Of a stretch of DNA of 36,299 nt, positions 8,068-16,225 are shown piece after piece. The first letter of the stretch is position 1; each line of letters begins with the position of its first letter. Under the pieces are notes generated by a model. The model did no database searches and was not told the origin of the DNA. It saw only the letters and a list, made by a program, of their open reading frames with translations. Made by a program: the position numbers and the translations under genes. The stretch comes from a virus (lineage: Duplodnaviria > Caudoviricetes), in IMG/VR virus record IMGVR_UViG_3300037851_000010, positions 1 through 36,299 of that record. One strand, given 5' to 3'.

Positions 8068-8490
8068 ATGGAACTGCGACCTATGACAATGGAAGATGCT
8101 GATAAAATGCTGGAATGGAAAAACTATCCCGAAACTCGTATGTTCGCACTTAAATCTCACGCTGAGATTTACAGAGAAGACCATTTAAAATGGCTAGAAA
8201 AGAATATCCAGTATTTTCAAATAATCATTCATGATAACAAAGTGGCTGGGGCTATCCGTCTTGAAAACAACGAAATCTCTGTCTGGATTGATAAAGCGTT
8301 CAGAGGTATCGGGCTTGCTACCCAAGCTATTAAAGCGGTCAGCAGAGTCGGAACAATCGCTAGGATTGTTCCAGCCAATATTCCTTCCATAAAAGCATTT
8401 ATCCGATGCGGATTTGTACCCGAACAGTATGTGTCAAAACACGACCATATTCTCGGAGATACAAGTTATTATATTTTTATAAAACATTGA
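8068..8490 (+). CDS. GNAT N-acetyltransferase (PseH-like)
   Basis: LRPMTMEDADKMLEWKN, FRGIGLA (acetyl-CoA loop), NIPSIKAF; ATG 8068 after AGGAGG. Confidence 0.85.
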   Translation: MELRPMTMEDADKMLEWKNYPETRMFALKSHAEIYREDHLKWLEKNIQYFQIIIHDNKVAGAIRLENNEISVWIDKAFRGIGLATQAIKAVSRVGTIARIVPANIPSIKAFIRCGFVPEQYVSKHDHILGDTSYYIFIKH

Positions 8491-9014
8491 AAATAATACT
8501 AATCGGCTATCCAGGGTCGCAACAACTACTTCCGGCAAGCAAATACCTAACAACAAAATACTTGCCGGATTTTGATATTCATTATCTCAACTGGGCTGGA
8601 GATATAGAAGGTTGGTCTAATTTCATAGCCACCTATTTAACTCACTTGGACGACGAAAAGATAATCTTTGCTTTAGACGACTATCTTATAAACGGATTCG
8701 ATAAAGAGAAGTTTAGAGAAGCTCTCAAACTAGAACCTTGCGTGAAACTCTGTGAATCGACCCTGCAAGAGCATAAAGAATATCCAGTTACTACACAATT
8801 CACAATCTGGAACAGGGAAGAATTGATTGATCTGTTAAGTAAAACCACAACTCCGTGGGATTTTGAAATTAACGGCTCTAAACTATTTAAAGGAAAATCT
8901 AATCTGCTTACCTGTATTCACTACGACGCTCATTCAGCCCTTTCAAGTCGTTGGAAGGGGGTGAACTGGTCAGAAGTGAAACAAGAAGATTTAGAAGTAA
9001 TACAAAACATATGA
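8487..9014 (+). CDS. Probable GT-A fold glycosyltransferase
   Basis: IIFALDDYLI, IWNRE, TPWDFE; TTG 8487 overlaps upstream TGA. Confidence 0.55.
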   Translation: MKIILIGYPGSQQLLPASKYLTTKYLPDFDIHYLNWAGDIEGWSNFIATYLTHLDDEKIIFALDDYLINGFDKEKFREALKLEPCVKLCESTLQEHKEYPVTTQFTIWNREELIDLLSKTTTPWDFEINGSKLFKGKSNLLTCIHYDAHSALSSRWKGVNWSEVKQEDLEVIQNI

Positions 9015-9835
9015 AATACTTAGTTACGGGAGGGTCTGGATTCTTAGGGCAGGAGCTTATTAAGAGGATTAATGGCGAGGTCAGGGTTTTAGCTCGTAAT
9101 GAGGGAAAGCTAGTGGAACTCAAAGAGAAATTTCCTAATATTGAAATCATGACCGGAGATGTAGCCGACTCCTATACTTGTGACCGAGCAGTTAAGGATG
9201 TAGACGGAATATATCATTTAGCAGGTCAAAAACACGTAGGATTAGCAGAGGAGAATGTAAGAGAGTGCATAGATACTAATATTCCGATAGCACTTCTCGA
9301 AGCTACTCGTAAATATAAACCCAAGTTCATTATAGGAATCTCTACCGATAAAGCCGCATCGAGAAAAGGTGTCTATGGCTGTACTAAGTTTCTAATGGAG
9401 CGTCTTTTTGATGAGTATTCTAAACTGAACCCCGAAACCAAATATCGTATTGTAAGATATGGAAATGTACTTTATTCCACAGGTTCTGTGCTTTGTAAGT
9501 GGAAAGAGAAGATTAAACAAGGTGGTATTATCACCATAACTGACCCTGAGGCTACGAGGTTTTTTTGGACAGTTGACCAAGCCGTAGACCTTATATTTGA
9601 ATGTCTCAAAAAGGCCGTAGACTCAAAACCTTACGCAACTAATATGAAAGCTATGAAAATGGGTAATTTATTGCAGGCTATGATAAATAAATACGCTGAC
9701 GGTGACAGTGAATACCCAGTCGGAATTATAGGTCTTCAGCCAGGCGAAAATATGCACGAAATAATCACCGAAGACGGTATTGACTCATCACAAGCTGAAA
9801 AGTTTACTCAAGAAGAAATATATGAACTTATCTAG
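9011..9835 (+). CDS. PseB/CapD-like NDP-sugar (UDP-GlcNAc) 4,6-dehydratase (Polysacc_synt_2)
   Basis: TGGSGFLG, HLAGQKHV, ISTDKA, YGCTK, VRYGNV, TRFF, GLQPGENMHE. Confidence 0.9.
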   Translation: MKYLVTGGSGFLGQELIKRINGEVRVLARNEGKLVELKEKFPNIEIMTGDVADSYTCDRAVKDVDGIYHLAGQKHVGLAEENVRECIDTNIPIALLEATRKYKPKFIIGISTDKAASRKGVYGCTKFLMERLFDEYSKLNPETKYRIVRYGNVLYSTGSVLCKWKEKIKQGGIITITDPEATRFFWTVDQAVDLIFECLKKAVDSKPYATNMKAMKMGNLLQAMINKYADGDSEYPVGIIGLQPGENMHEIITEDGIDSSQAEKFTQEEIYELI

Positions 9836-10349
9836 CGTGACATTCGTAGGAATAACTAGAGACAAAGAATACCCGAAAGAGATTGATACCTCTTGGTTTG
9901 ATGAGGTTTTAACCGTAACTGAATGTCCGAATATCTATACACGCTATACAGAAGCCGAAAAAGCAAAGAATGATATAATTTATGTACAAGATGACGATTG
10001 TATCATAGACTATAAGGAACTCTGGAAACACTATAATGGACAGTTAACTAACGGAATGACTATGCACCACCAGATGTATTATGGGCCTACTGGAGTTACC
10101 CTAGTCGGTTGGGGGTGTTTCTTTCCTAAGACAATGCTCAAGAATATAGATAAATACATAAACAAGTATGGAAAAGACAAGCACTTGATGAGAGAAGCCG
10201 ACAGGATATTCACATTTCTAAATCAACCGCACAATACGATAATTATGGAACACCAAGACTTCAAGCCACAATATGGTCGAATGTGGAATGAAAAAGAACA
10301 TTGGGATTCTATGAGAGAAGCAATCGTAAAATTGAACTTGATTATTTAA
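9822..10349 (+). CDS. Probable GT-A fold glycosyltransferase
   Basis: IIYVQDDDCII (DxD), LVGWG, READRIF. Confidence 0.6.
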   Translation: MNLSSVTFVGITRDKEYPKEIDTSWFDEVLTVTECPNIYTRYTEAEKAKNDIIYVQDDDCIIDYKELWKHYNGQLTNGMTMHHQMYYGPTGVTLVGWGCFFPKTMLKNIDKYINKYGKDKHLMREADRIFTFLNQPHNTIIMEHQDFKPQYGRMWNEKEHWDSMREAIVKLNLII

Positions 10350-10351
10350 AA

Positions 10352-10360
10352 TGTTATAAT
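10352..10360 (+). promoter_or_regulatory. Extended -10 promoter TGTTATAAT, probably leaderless (ATG 10368)
   Basis: TGnTATAAT + 7 nt + ATG. Confidence 0.65.
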
Positions 10361-10367
10361 TAACTAT

Positions 10368-10910
10368 ATGGAAACATACCCAAGAAGGATAGTTTTACAC
10401 AACGAAAAGCTGACAAAGCTACTAAAGGAGAAGACTGAGATGATATTGGAGGGTAGAAAGATATCAGAAGACATAGATGTCCTACAGGAAGAGATGGACA
10501 GCGTAGACAAAGAGGTTCAGGCCGTAGAAGCTACAGTTCAAACTGAAGATTTAAAGGCTGAGGCTGAAGAATTGACCGTAGAATTCAACTCCGTGATGAG
10601 TAAAATGGAAGATAATCAGAAAAGACTCCGAGAGAGGATGATAGCTGTAGTTCCGCAAGAATTAAGAGATAAATACGAGCAGAAGAAGCAGAAGAAAGAA
10701 GAACTTGAAAGAGAAAGAAACAAGATAGCTCTAAAAGCCCAAAAGTGGAACGATAAGATAATACCTTTAGGCAGAAAGTTAATGAGTCCATTTATAGAAG
10801 ATGAGTTTGAAGATTACGACACGATAAGATTCGAGAATGGGGAAGTAGTGGCGACACTATTCTCTCACATAGACGATTTTAAAAAGAATTTCAGGAAGAA
10901 GCGGAAGTAG
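10368..10910 (+). CDS. Coiled-coil hypothetical protein
   Basis: E/K-rich heptad-like 180 aa. Confidence 0.75.
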   Translation: METYPRRIVLHNEKLTKLLKEKTEMILEGRKISEDIDVLQEEMDSVDKEVQAVEATVQTEDLKAEAEELTVEFNSVMSKMEDNQKRLRERMIAVVPQELRDKYEQKKQKKEELERERNKIALKAQKWNDKIIPLGRKLMSPFIEDEFEDYDTIRFENGEVVATLFSHIDDFKKNFRKKRK

Positions 10911-10921
10911 CGGATGTTTTG

Positions 10922-10963
10922 GGTAGCGACCCCCACTTTTCCGCAATGTCGGGGGTCGCTGCC
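10922..10963 (+). promoter_or_regulatory. 13-bp GC-rich hairpin with CCGC-containing loop
   Basis: GGTAGCGACCCCC/GGGGGTCGCTGCC, loop ACTTTTCCGCAATGTC; no U tract. Confidence 0.7.
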
Positions 10964-10996
10964 TTAAGGATTCTTTAGCGGAGAAGGACTAAAGAA

Positions 10997-11728
10997 GTGG
11001 CACAGTTTAGCGATACAACTAATAAGAACGGTATCATTCAGAAGATTGAATTTATTACTGGATTAGGAGATGCTGCGATTTCAGGTAATTCAACGCTCTT
11101 AAAGCAGTTTACGGGCCTAGTGAATGACTGGCTCGGAGTAATGGCCGGAGACTTATTACAGGTTGATGGACGTTACGAATGGGATGACACGAACTATACG
11201 GATCAACCGATAGCCACTTTCAGTTTAGTTGCCGACCAAGCCGGTTATTCCTTTATGGAAGACGCTAATTCAGCTCAGATTTTAGATATTACAAGGGTAG
11301 AGGTAAAGAACGCAGCCTCTGGTGATTGGATTAAATTAAGACCGATAGACCAGAGAGAGATATCTCAAGGCTACACAGAGTGGATGGAAAGCTCTGGGAT
11401 ACCGATTTATTATGATTTTATAGGGACAGTATTAACTCTTTTTCCAGCTTCAAGCTATAACTCTACAGACGGAGCTAAGGTTTGGTTTAAGAGAGAGCCT
11501 GCATATTTTGATTCAACCGACACAACTGATGAGCCGGGATTTTGCACGCCTTTTCAAAAGATTCTATGGCTTGGACCTGCTTATGATTATTCGGTGCTTA
11601 GTGGGAAGCCTAACGTAGCTTTAAGACAAGAGATTGAGCTAGAGAGAGAACGTTTACGAGAATTTTATTCAAGGCGAGGTAAATACGAGCAACCCCGATT
11701 GGTCGGGCAAGTTCGTTCTTCAAGATGA
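10997..11728 (+). CDS. Head-tail adaptor (tail tubular protein A-like), putative
   Basis: Position after head module; GIPIYY..LTLFP pattern; helical C-terminus. Confidence 0.6.
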   Translation: MAQFSDTTNKNGIIQKIEFITGLGDAAISGNSTLLKQFTGLVNDWLGVMAGDLLQVDGRYEWDDTNYTDQPIATFSLVADQAGYSFMEDANSAQILDITRVEVKNAASGDWIKLRPIDQREISQGYTEWMESSGIPIYYDFIGTVLTLFPASSYNSTDGAKVWFKREPAYFDSTDTTDEPGFCTPFQKILWLGPAYDYSVLSGKPNVALRQEIELERERLREFYSRRGKYEQPRLVGQVRSSR

Positions 11729-11901
11729 GCTTAAGTAATTTAGCCAAAACAGCAGCAACACTAGCGAATCTAGTAAAGACATCTATTAAGACCTTTCTTC
11801 TAAAAGAAGATGGGTTTTATTTATTACTTGAAACGGGTGATAGGATTAGATTAGACGGATCAGAGAATCAAATATCAAACTTAGCAAAAACATCGGCTTA
11901 A
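11725..11901 (+). CDS. 58-aa small virion/tail protein
   Basis: ATGA overlap; LLKEDGFYLLLETGDRI core flanked by (S/A)NLxKT repeats. Confidence 0.65.
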   Translation: MSLSNLAKTAATLANLVKTSIKTFLLKEDGFYLLLETGDRIRLDGSENQISNLAKTSA

Positions 11902-11917
11902 GCGGAAAGCACTAAAT

Positions 11918-13027
11918 ATGGCAGATACAAAAATTTCAGCACTCCCTACGGGTCAATTTCAGTCAACAGACTATATCCCCTATGTGGATGGTGCTTCGGG
12001 TATAACTAGAAAAGCTACTAAAGCTGATCTTAGAGGCTCTCAGGGTTCACAGGGTAGTGCTTCAACTGTCGCTGGGCCGCAAGGCTCTCAGGGTTCACAG
12101 GGTAGTGCGTCTACTGTGCCTGGTCCTCGGGGTAGTCAAGGTTCGGCTGGTATGGATGGAGCAGATGCGGTAGCTGGTAAACTTCCTTCATCTTTTGTCT
12201 CGACCACAACTCCAGTAGGGACTACATCTGTAACACTCGAAGATGTGACTAATATGTCTACTACTATAACGTTAGATGAATCAGTAGAGATAGGCGTATT
12301 TGCATCGTTTGAGATAGAAACACAGTCTGGTTCTTCTGCTTCAGTTATTGGCTTAGCGATAAGCATAGATGGCGTTGATGGGGATGTATTCGAAAGGTAT
12401 CTAAGTGGCTCTAACGACAAAGGAATAGGTGCTATTACTTACAGAAGTGCAGAACTAGCTGCAGGAACATATACTGTAAAATTAAGATTTCAAAGAGTTT
12501 CTGGAACGACAACTCCTGGGATAAATAATGCAGCGATGTTAGTAATGGCTATGCAAGGAGCTAAAGGTGAAACTGGTCCTATGGGTCCGATTGGAAATCA
12601 AGGAAGTATGGGTTCAGTTGGTAGTCAAGGTAGCCAGGGGTCAGCTTCTACGGTACCTGGACCAACTGGGGCAACTGGGGCGACTGGACCGACGGGATAT
12701 GTAGTTCCGAGAGTAACATCACAAGCAACAGCTTCAGCACCTACGCCAGATGCAGATACGACTGATGTATTCTCTCTAACAGCTCAAGGTGAAACAGCAG
12801 CTTTTGTAACTCCTTCAGGAACTCCGTCTAATAAACAGAAACTTATAATTCAGATTCTACCTACGGGTGGAAATATAAACGTAACTTGGTCTACGGGATA
12901 TACGGCTGGAGGAGTAGCTCTACCAACATCAGCAACTCAAGCTAAGAAAACTACACTAGGATTTATGTATGATACAGATAATTCCTTCAATACTTGGGTA
13001 TTGTTGGCTAAAGCAGAGCAAGCATAA
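11918..13027 (+). CDS. Collagen-like tail fibre
   Basis: MADTKISAL N-terminus; two G-X-Y blocks (GSQ/GPT) separated by a beta domain; Ser/Thr-rich. Confidence 0.8.
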   Translation: MADTKISALPTGQFQSTDYIPYVDGASGITRKATKADLRGSQGSQGSASTVAGPQGSQGSQGSASTVPGPRGSQGSAGMDGADAVAGKLPSSFVSTTTPVGTTSVTLEDVTNMSTTITLDESVEIGVFASFEIETQSGSSASVIGLAISIDGVDGDVFERYLSGSNDKGIGAITYRSAELAAGTYTVKLRFQRVSGTTTPGINNAAMLVMAMQGAKGETGPMGPIGNQGSMGSVGSQGSQGSASTVPGPTGATGATGPTGYVVPRVTSQATASAPTPDADTTDVFSLTAQGETAAFVTPSGTPSNKQKLIIQILPTGGNINVTWSTGYTAGGVALPTSATQAKKTTLGFMYDTDNSFNTWVLLAKAEQA

Positions 13028-13030
13028 AAT

Positions 13031-13729
13031 ATGGCATCAATAACTATTTATCCAGATGCTCATCCAGAATCAACTTCTGTAGATGGGTTTGAAAGAAAAG
13101 CTGGTGCAGGTGATACTTGGTCAGCATATAGGGATGCAACAGTCGGAACTCAAACGACCAATCTTGACGACGGAGCATCAGCAGGTGAAGCAATAGAAAT
13201 TGGCAGAAATAATTCTGGTTGGGAAGATTTTAGAAGAGTAATAGTTCTGTTTGACGCTTCATCTATTCCTTCTGGAGCTACAATAGACTCGGCTACATAT
13301 AGTTTTGTTGCAACTGCCAAGGGTGATAATGCTACAACTCCACAATCCATAGCTTTAGTTTCTTCAAGTCCTGCAAGTAATACAGAATTAGTAGCAGAAG
13401 ACTATGACCAGCTAGGAACTACATTATTAGCCACCGCAAAAACTATATCTTCTATAACGGCAGATTCTTCTACATATAACGATATGGCTTTAAATGCTGC
13501 TGGATTATCTTATATTCAAACGGCTATAGGTGCGAGCGGTATTATAAAACTTGGATTAAGAATGGAATCTGATAGAGCTAATTCAGAACCTAGTTTCGGT
13601 TCAGGCTCTCAGTATGCTTATGTCGGACATATCTTTGCAGACAACGGATCGTTAAAGCCTAAATTGGTAATAAATTATACTTTACCAGTAAATTCAAACT
13701 TTTTAATGTTTATGTCTCCAGATAGATAA
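13031..13729 (+). CDS. Virion accessory protein, DNRLRE/CBM-like beta-sandwich
   Basis: LFDASSIPSGATIDSAT and C-terminal KPKLVINY. Confidence 0.6.
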   Translation: MASITIYPDAHPESTSVDGFERKAGAGDTWSAYRDATVGTQTTNLDDGASAGEAIEIGRNNSGWEDFRRVIVLFDASSIPSGATIDSATYSFVATAKGDNATTPQSIALVSSSPASNTELVAEDYDQLGTTLLATAKTISSITADSSTYNDMALNAAGLSYIQTAIGASGIIKLGLRMESDRANSEPSFGSGSQYAYVGHIFADNGSLKPKLVINYTLPVNSNFLMFMSPDR

Positions 13730-13730
13730 T

Positions 13731-14255
13731 ATGAAAACCATGCATGGAAATAAAATATCAACAAAAAAATTATGGGAAAATCCAGAATACAGAGAGCATA
13801 TGAGACTTGCACATATTGGTCAGGTTGCGTGGAATAAAGGTAAAAAAACAGGGTTAGCTCCAAAGAGTGCATTTAAGAAAGGGCAAAAAGGAGCAAGATT
13901 AGGAAAGAAAAATTCGCCAGAGCATATTGAAAAAATGAGATTGGCTAGAAAGGGTAAGCTAAGTTTAAAAACAAGGGGTGCGAATAACTGGAACTGGAAG
14001 GGTGGAATAACGCCAATAAACAATCAAATTAGACACTCATTAGAATATAAACTATGGCGTGAAGCGGTTTTTAAAAGAGATAACTGGACTTGCATCTGGT
14101 GCGGTCAAAGAAGTGGTAGACTTCATGCAGATCATATCAAGCCATTCTCGCTTTATCCAGAACTACGCTTTGCACTAGATAACGGTAGAACACTTTGTAT
14201 AAATTGTCATTATAAAACAAACACTTATGGAGGAAAAAAACAAAAAACAAAATAA
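13731..14255 (+). mobile_element. Free-standing HNH homing endonuclease with NUMOD3-like basic N-terminus
   Basis: WREAVFKRDNWTCIWCG, HADHIKP, NGRTLCINCH; AWNKGKK repeats. Confidence 0.9.
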
Positions 14256-15150
14256 GGCAATCTCGGTGGTGATGATATGTAAAAACGAATCGGCCCTAAT
14301 AGAGCGAGCCTTAAAGTCCGTAGAAGGATGCGATGAGCTTATAATCTGTGATACTGGTTCAACCGACAATACCGTTGAAATAGCTAAAAAATATACTGAC
14401 AAGGTTTGCACTGAATACAAGTGGAACGCTAACTTCGCAGAGGCGAGAAACCATGCAAAATCTCATGCTACGGGGGATTGGATTTTATCGTTGGATTCGG
14501 ACGAATACCTGCACGACTTCTCAGAAGTCCGTAGAGTTGTAGAACTCGCTAAAGATTGCGTAGGAGTTATTCTACGAGGAGAACACGGCAAAGCAGACTT
14601 CAGGTTTCCAAGACTCTTTAGAAATACGCCAGACATTCAGTGGTTCGGTGCAGCACATAATCATCTGGGGGTTACTAAAGAAGGCGAAGACAAAGGAATT
14701 AACGTTTCGGGTGAGGGCGAACTTGTAGGTAACGTAACTATAACCTATGGATTCTCTCCAGCTCACGCCTTAGATCCCGACAGGACTCTTAATATACTTT
14801 TAAATGAAGTGAAAGACCCAACTAAAGTTAGAGAGATGTATTACTTGGGTAGAGAATACTGGTATAAGGGAAACTATAAAGAAGCCGCTAAATGGTTCGG
14901 AAAGCATGTTCAATCTACGAACTTCACAGCAGAAAAAGCAGACTCATTTCTTACTATGTCTAAATGTTATTCAGCTCTAGGATCTGATGATGATGCAAGA
15001 GATGCGTGCTTACAGGCAATCAATCTAAATCCTAATTTCAAAGAAGCAATAAGGTGGATGGGTCATATATCATACCCTCAGAACGCAAAGAGGTGGTATG
15101 ATTGGGCTGAATCAGCAAATAATACTAATGTTTTATTTATAAGAGAATGA
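14227..15150 (+). CDS. GT2 glycosyltransferase with C-terminal TPR repeats (protein glycosyltransferase-like)
   Basis: MICKNE, DTGSTDNT, FAEARN, LDSDE, RLFRN; YYLGREY and AINLNPN TPR motifs. Confidence 0.9.
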   Translation: MEEKNKKQNKAISVVMICKNESALIERALKSVEGCDELIICDTGSTDNTVEIAKKYTDKVCTEYKWNANFAEARNHAKSHATGDWILSLDSDEYLHDFSEVRRVVELAKDCVGVILRGEHGKADFRFPRLFRNTPDIQWFGAAHNHLGVTKEGEDKGINVSGEGELVGNVTITYGFSPAHALDPDRTLNILLNEVKDPTKVREMYYLGREYWYKGNYKEAAKWFGKHVQSTNFTAEKADSFLTMSKCYSALGSDDDARDACLQAINLNPNFKEAIRWMGHISYPQNAKRWYDWAESANNTNVLFIRE

Positions 15151-15611
15151 TTGGAATAACAGACGAACAATTACAACCGTATGTACCGAGGGAATTCGTC
15201 CCGGTGGGTTTGGAATACAGATTTACTAATCAACAGAGATACGTTCAGGTAGAAGTCTTTTCGCCAGGAACGACAGTCTCTATAGGAGACGGGGCAAAGT
15301 ATATTTATATTCCACCTCAACTCGACAATATGAAGCTTGTTTTTATACAAGGCCAGCACGTTACTGCTGGGACGACTTCAAATACTACAGAGGTTCAGGT
15401 CTATAATTTAACTAAAGCAGTTGATATGCTATCTACAGTTCTTTCAATAGATTATAACGAGTTAACTTCAGTTACCGCAGGAACGCCAGTAGTTATAAAC
15501 GATGCAAACTCTCTGATTTCAACCAATGATGTTTTAAGAGTAGACGTGGACGCAGTAACAACTGTAGCACCAAAGGGTTTAATTTTAACATTAGGATTTA
15601 GAAAACCGTGA
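15147..15611 (+). CDS. Virion structural protein (beta-rich)
   Basis: In tail module, ATGA-coupled, Thr/Val-rich. Confidence 0.55.
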   Translation: MIGITDEQLQPYVPREFVPVGLEYRFTNQQRYVQVEVFSPGTTVSIGDGAKYIYIPPQLDNMKLVFIQGQHVTAGTTSNTTEVQVYNLTKAVDMLSTVLSIDYNELTSVTAGTPVVINDANSLISTNDVLRVDVDAVTTVAPKGLILTLGFRKP

Positions 15612-16225
15612 TAACATTTGATAATTCAGAACAAGCACAGGGAGCAAACGACCTAACGTGGAGCCATACGGTGGGTTCGGGTAACAACAGATATCTTCTA
15701 ATAGGTTATGTCGGTGGAACGACAAACGGAGTAACTTATAACGGAACAGCACTTACGCTATTAGGAGAAGTATTTGAGTCTAGTGCTGGTGTTTATTATA
15801 GGCTTTATGGATTAGCTAATCCGGCAGTAGGAACGCACGATGCAGTTGTAACATCATCTGTTGCGGCAGTAAAAGTAGCTTTCTCGATATCATTAAGCGG
15901 AGTATTTGGAATAGGTAATGTAGTTACAGAACAGGTAGTAAGCTCAATAATTTCTACTGACATAGATACAACCTATCCAAGTTCATGGGTGGTAGAATTT
16001 GAGGGAACACAGAATCCGGCATCAGATTTTACACAGAACAGTAGTCAGACAGAAAGAGAAGACTTAGGCGGAACTTCTTGGAGTATAGGGTGTGCGACTA
16101 AGGCCTTTACTACGCCAGGAACGCAATCTTTACAATATACTTCGTCAGCCAACGCAGTTCAAGTTCAAATATTAGCAGAAATAATCGATGAAAAGCACCA
16201 AGCAAATAATTTAATATTTATATGA
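15608..16225 (+). CDS. Virion accessory/spike protein
   Basis: WSHTVGSGNNRYLL..GVTYNG; Ser/Thr-rich. Confidence 0.55.
   Translation: MITFDNSEQAQGANDLTWSHTVGSGNNRYLLIGYVGGTTNGVTYNGTALTLLGEVFESSAGVYYRLYGLANPAVGTHDAVVTSSVAAVKVAFSISLSGVFGIGNVVTEQVVSSIISTDIDTTYPSSWVVEFEGTQNPASDFTQNSSQTEREDLGGTSWSIGCATKAFTTPGTQSLQYTSSANAVQVQILAEIIDEKHQANNLIFI

Noticed and set aside
3456-10349. Cluster as DNA hypermodification or O-antigen conversion
   Set aside because: No base-modifying enzymes, DNA polymerase, flippase or membrane GT recognised, and the location is within the morphogenesis operon; not formally excluded
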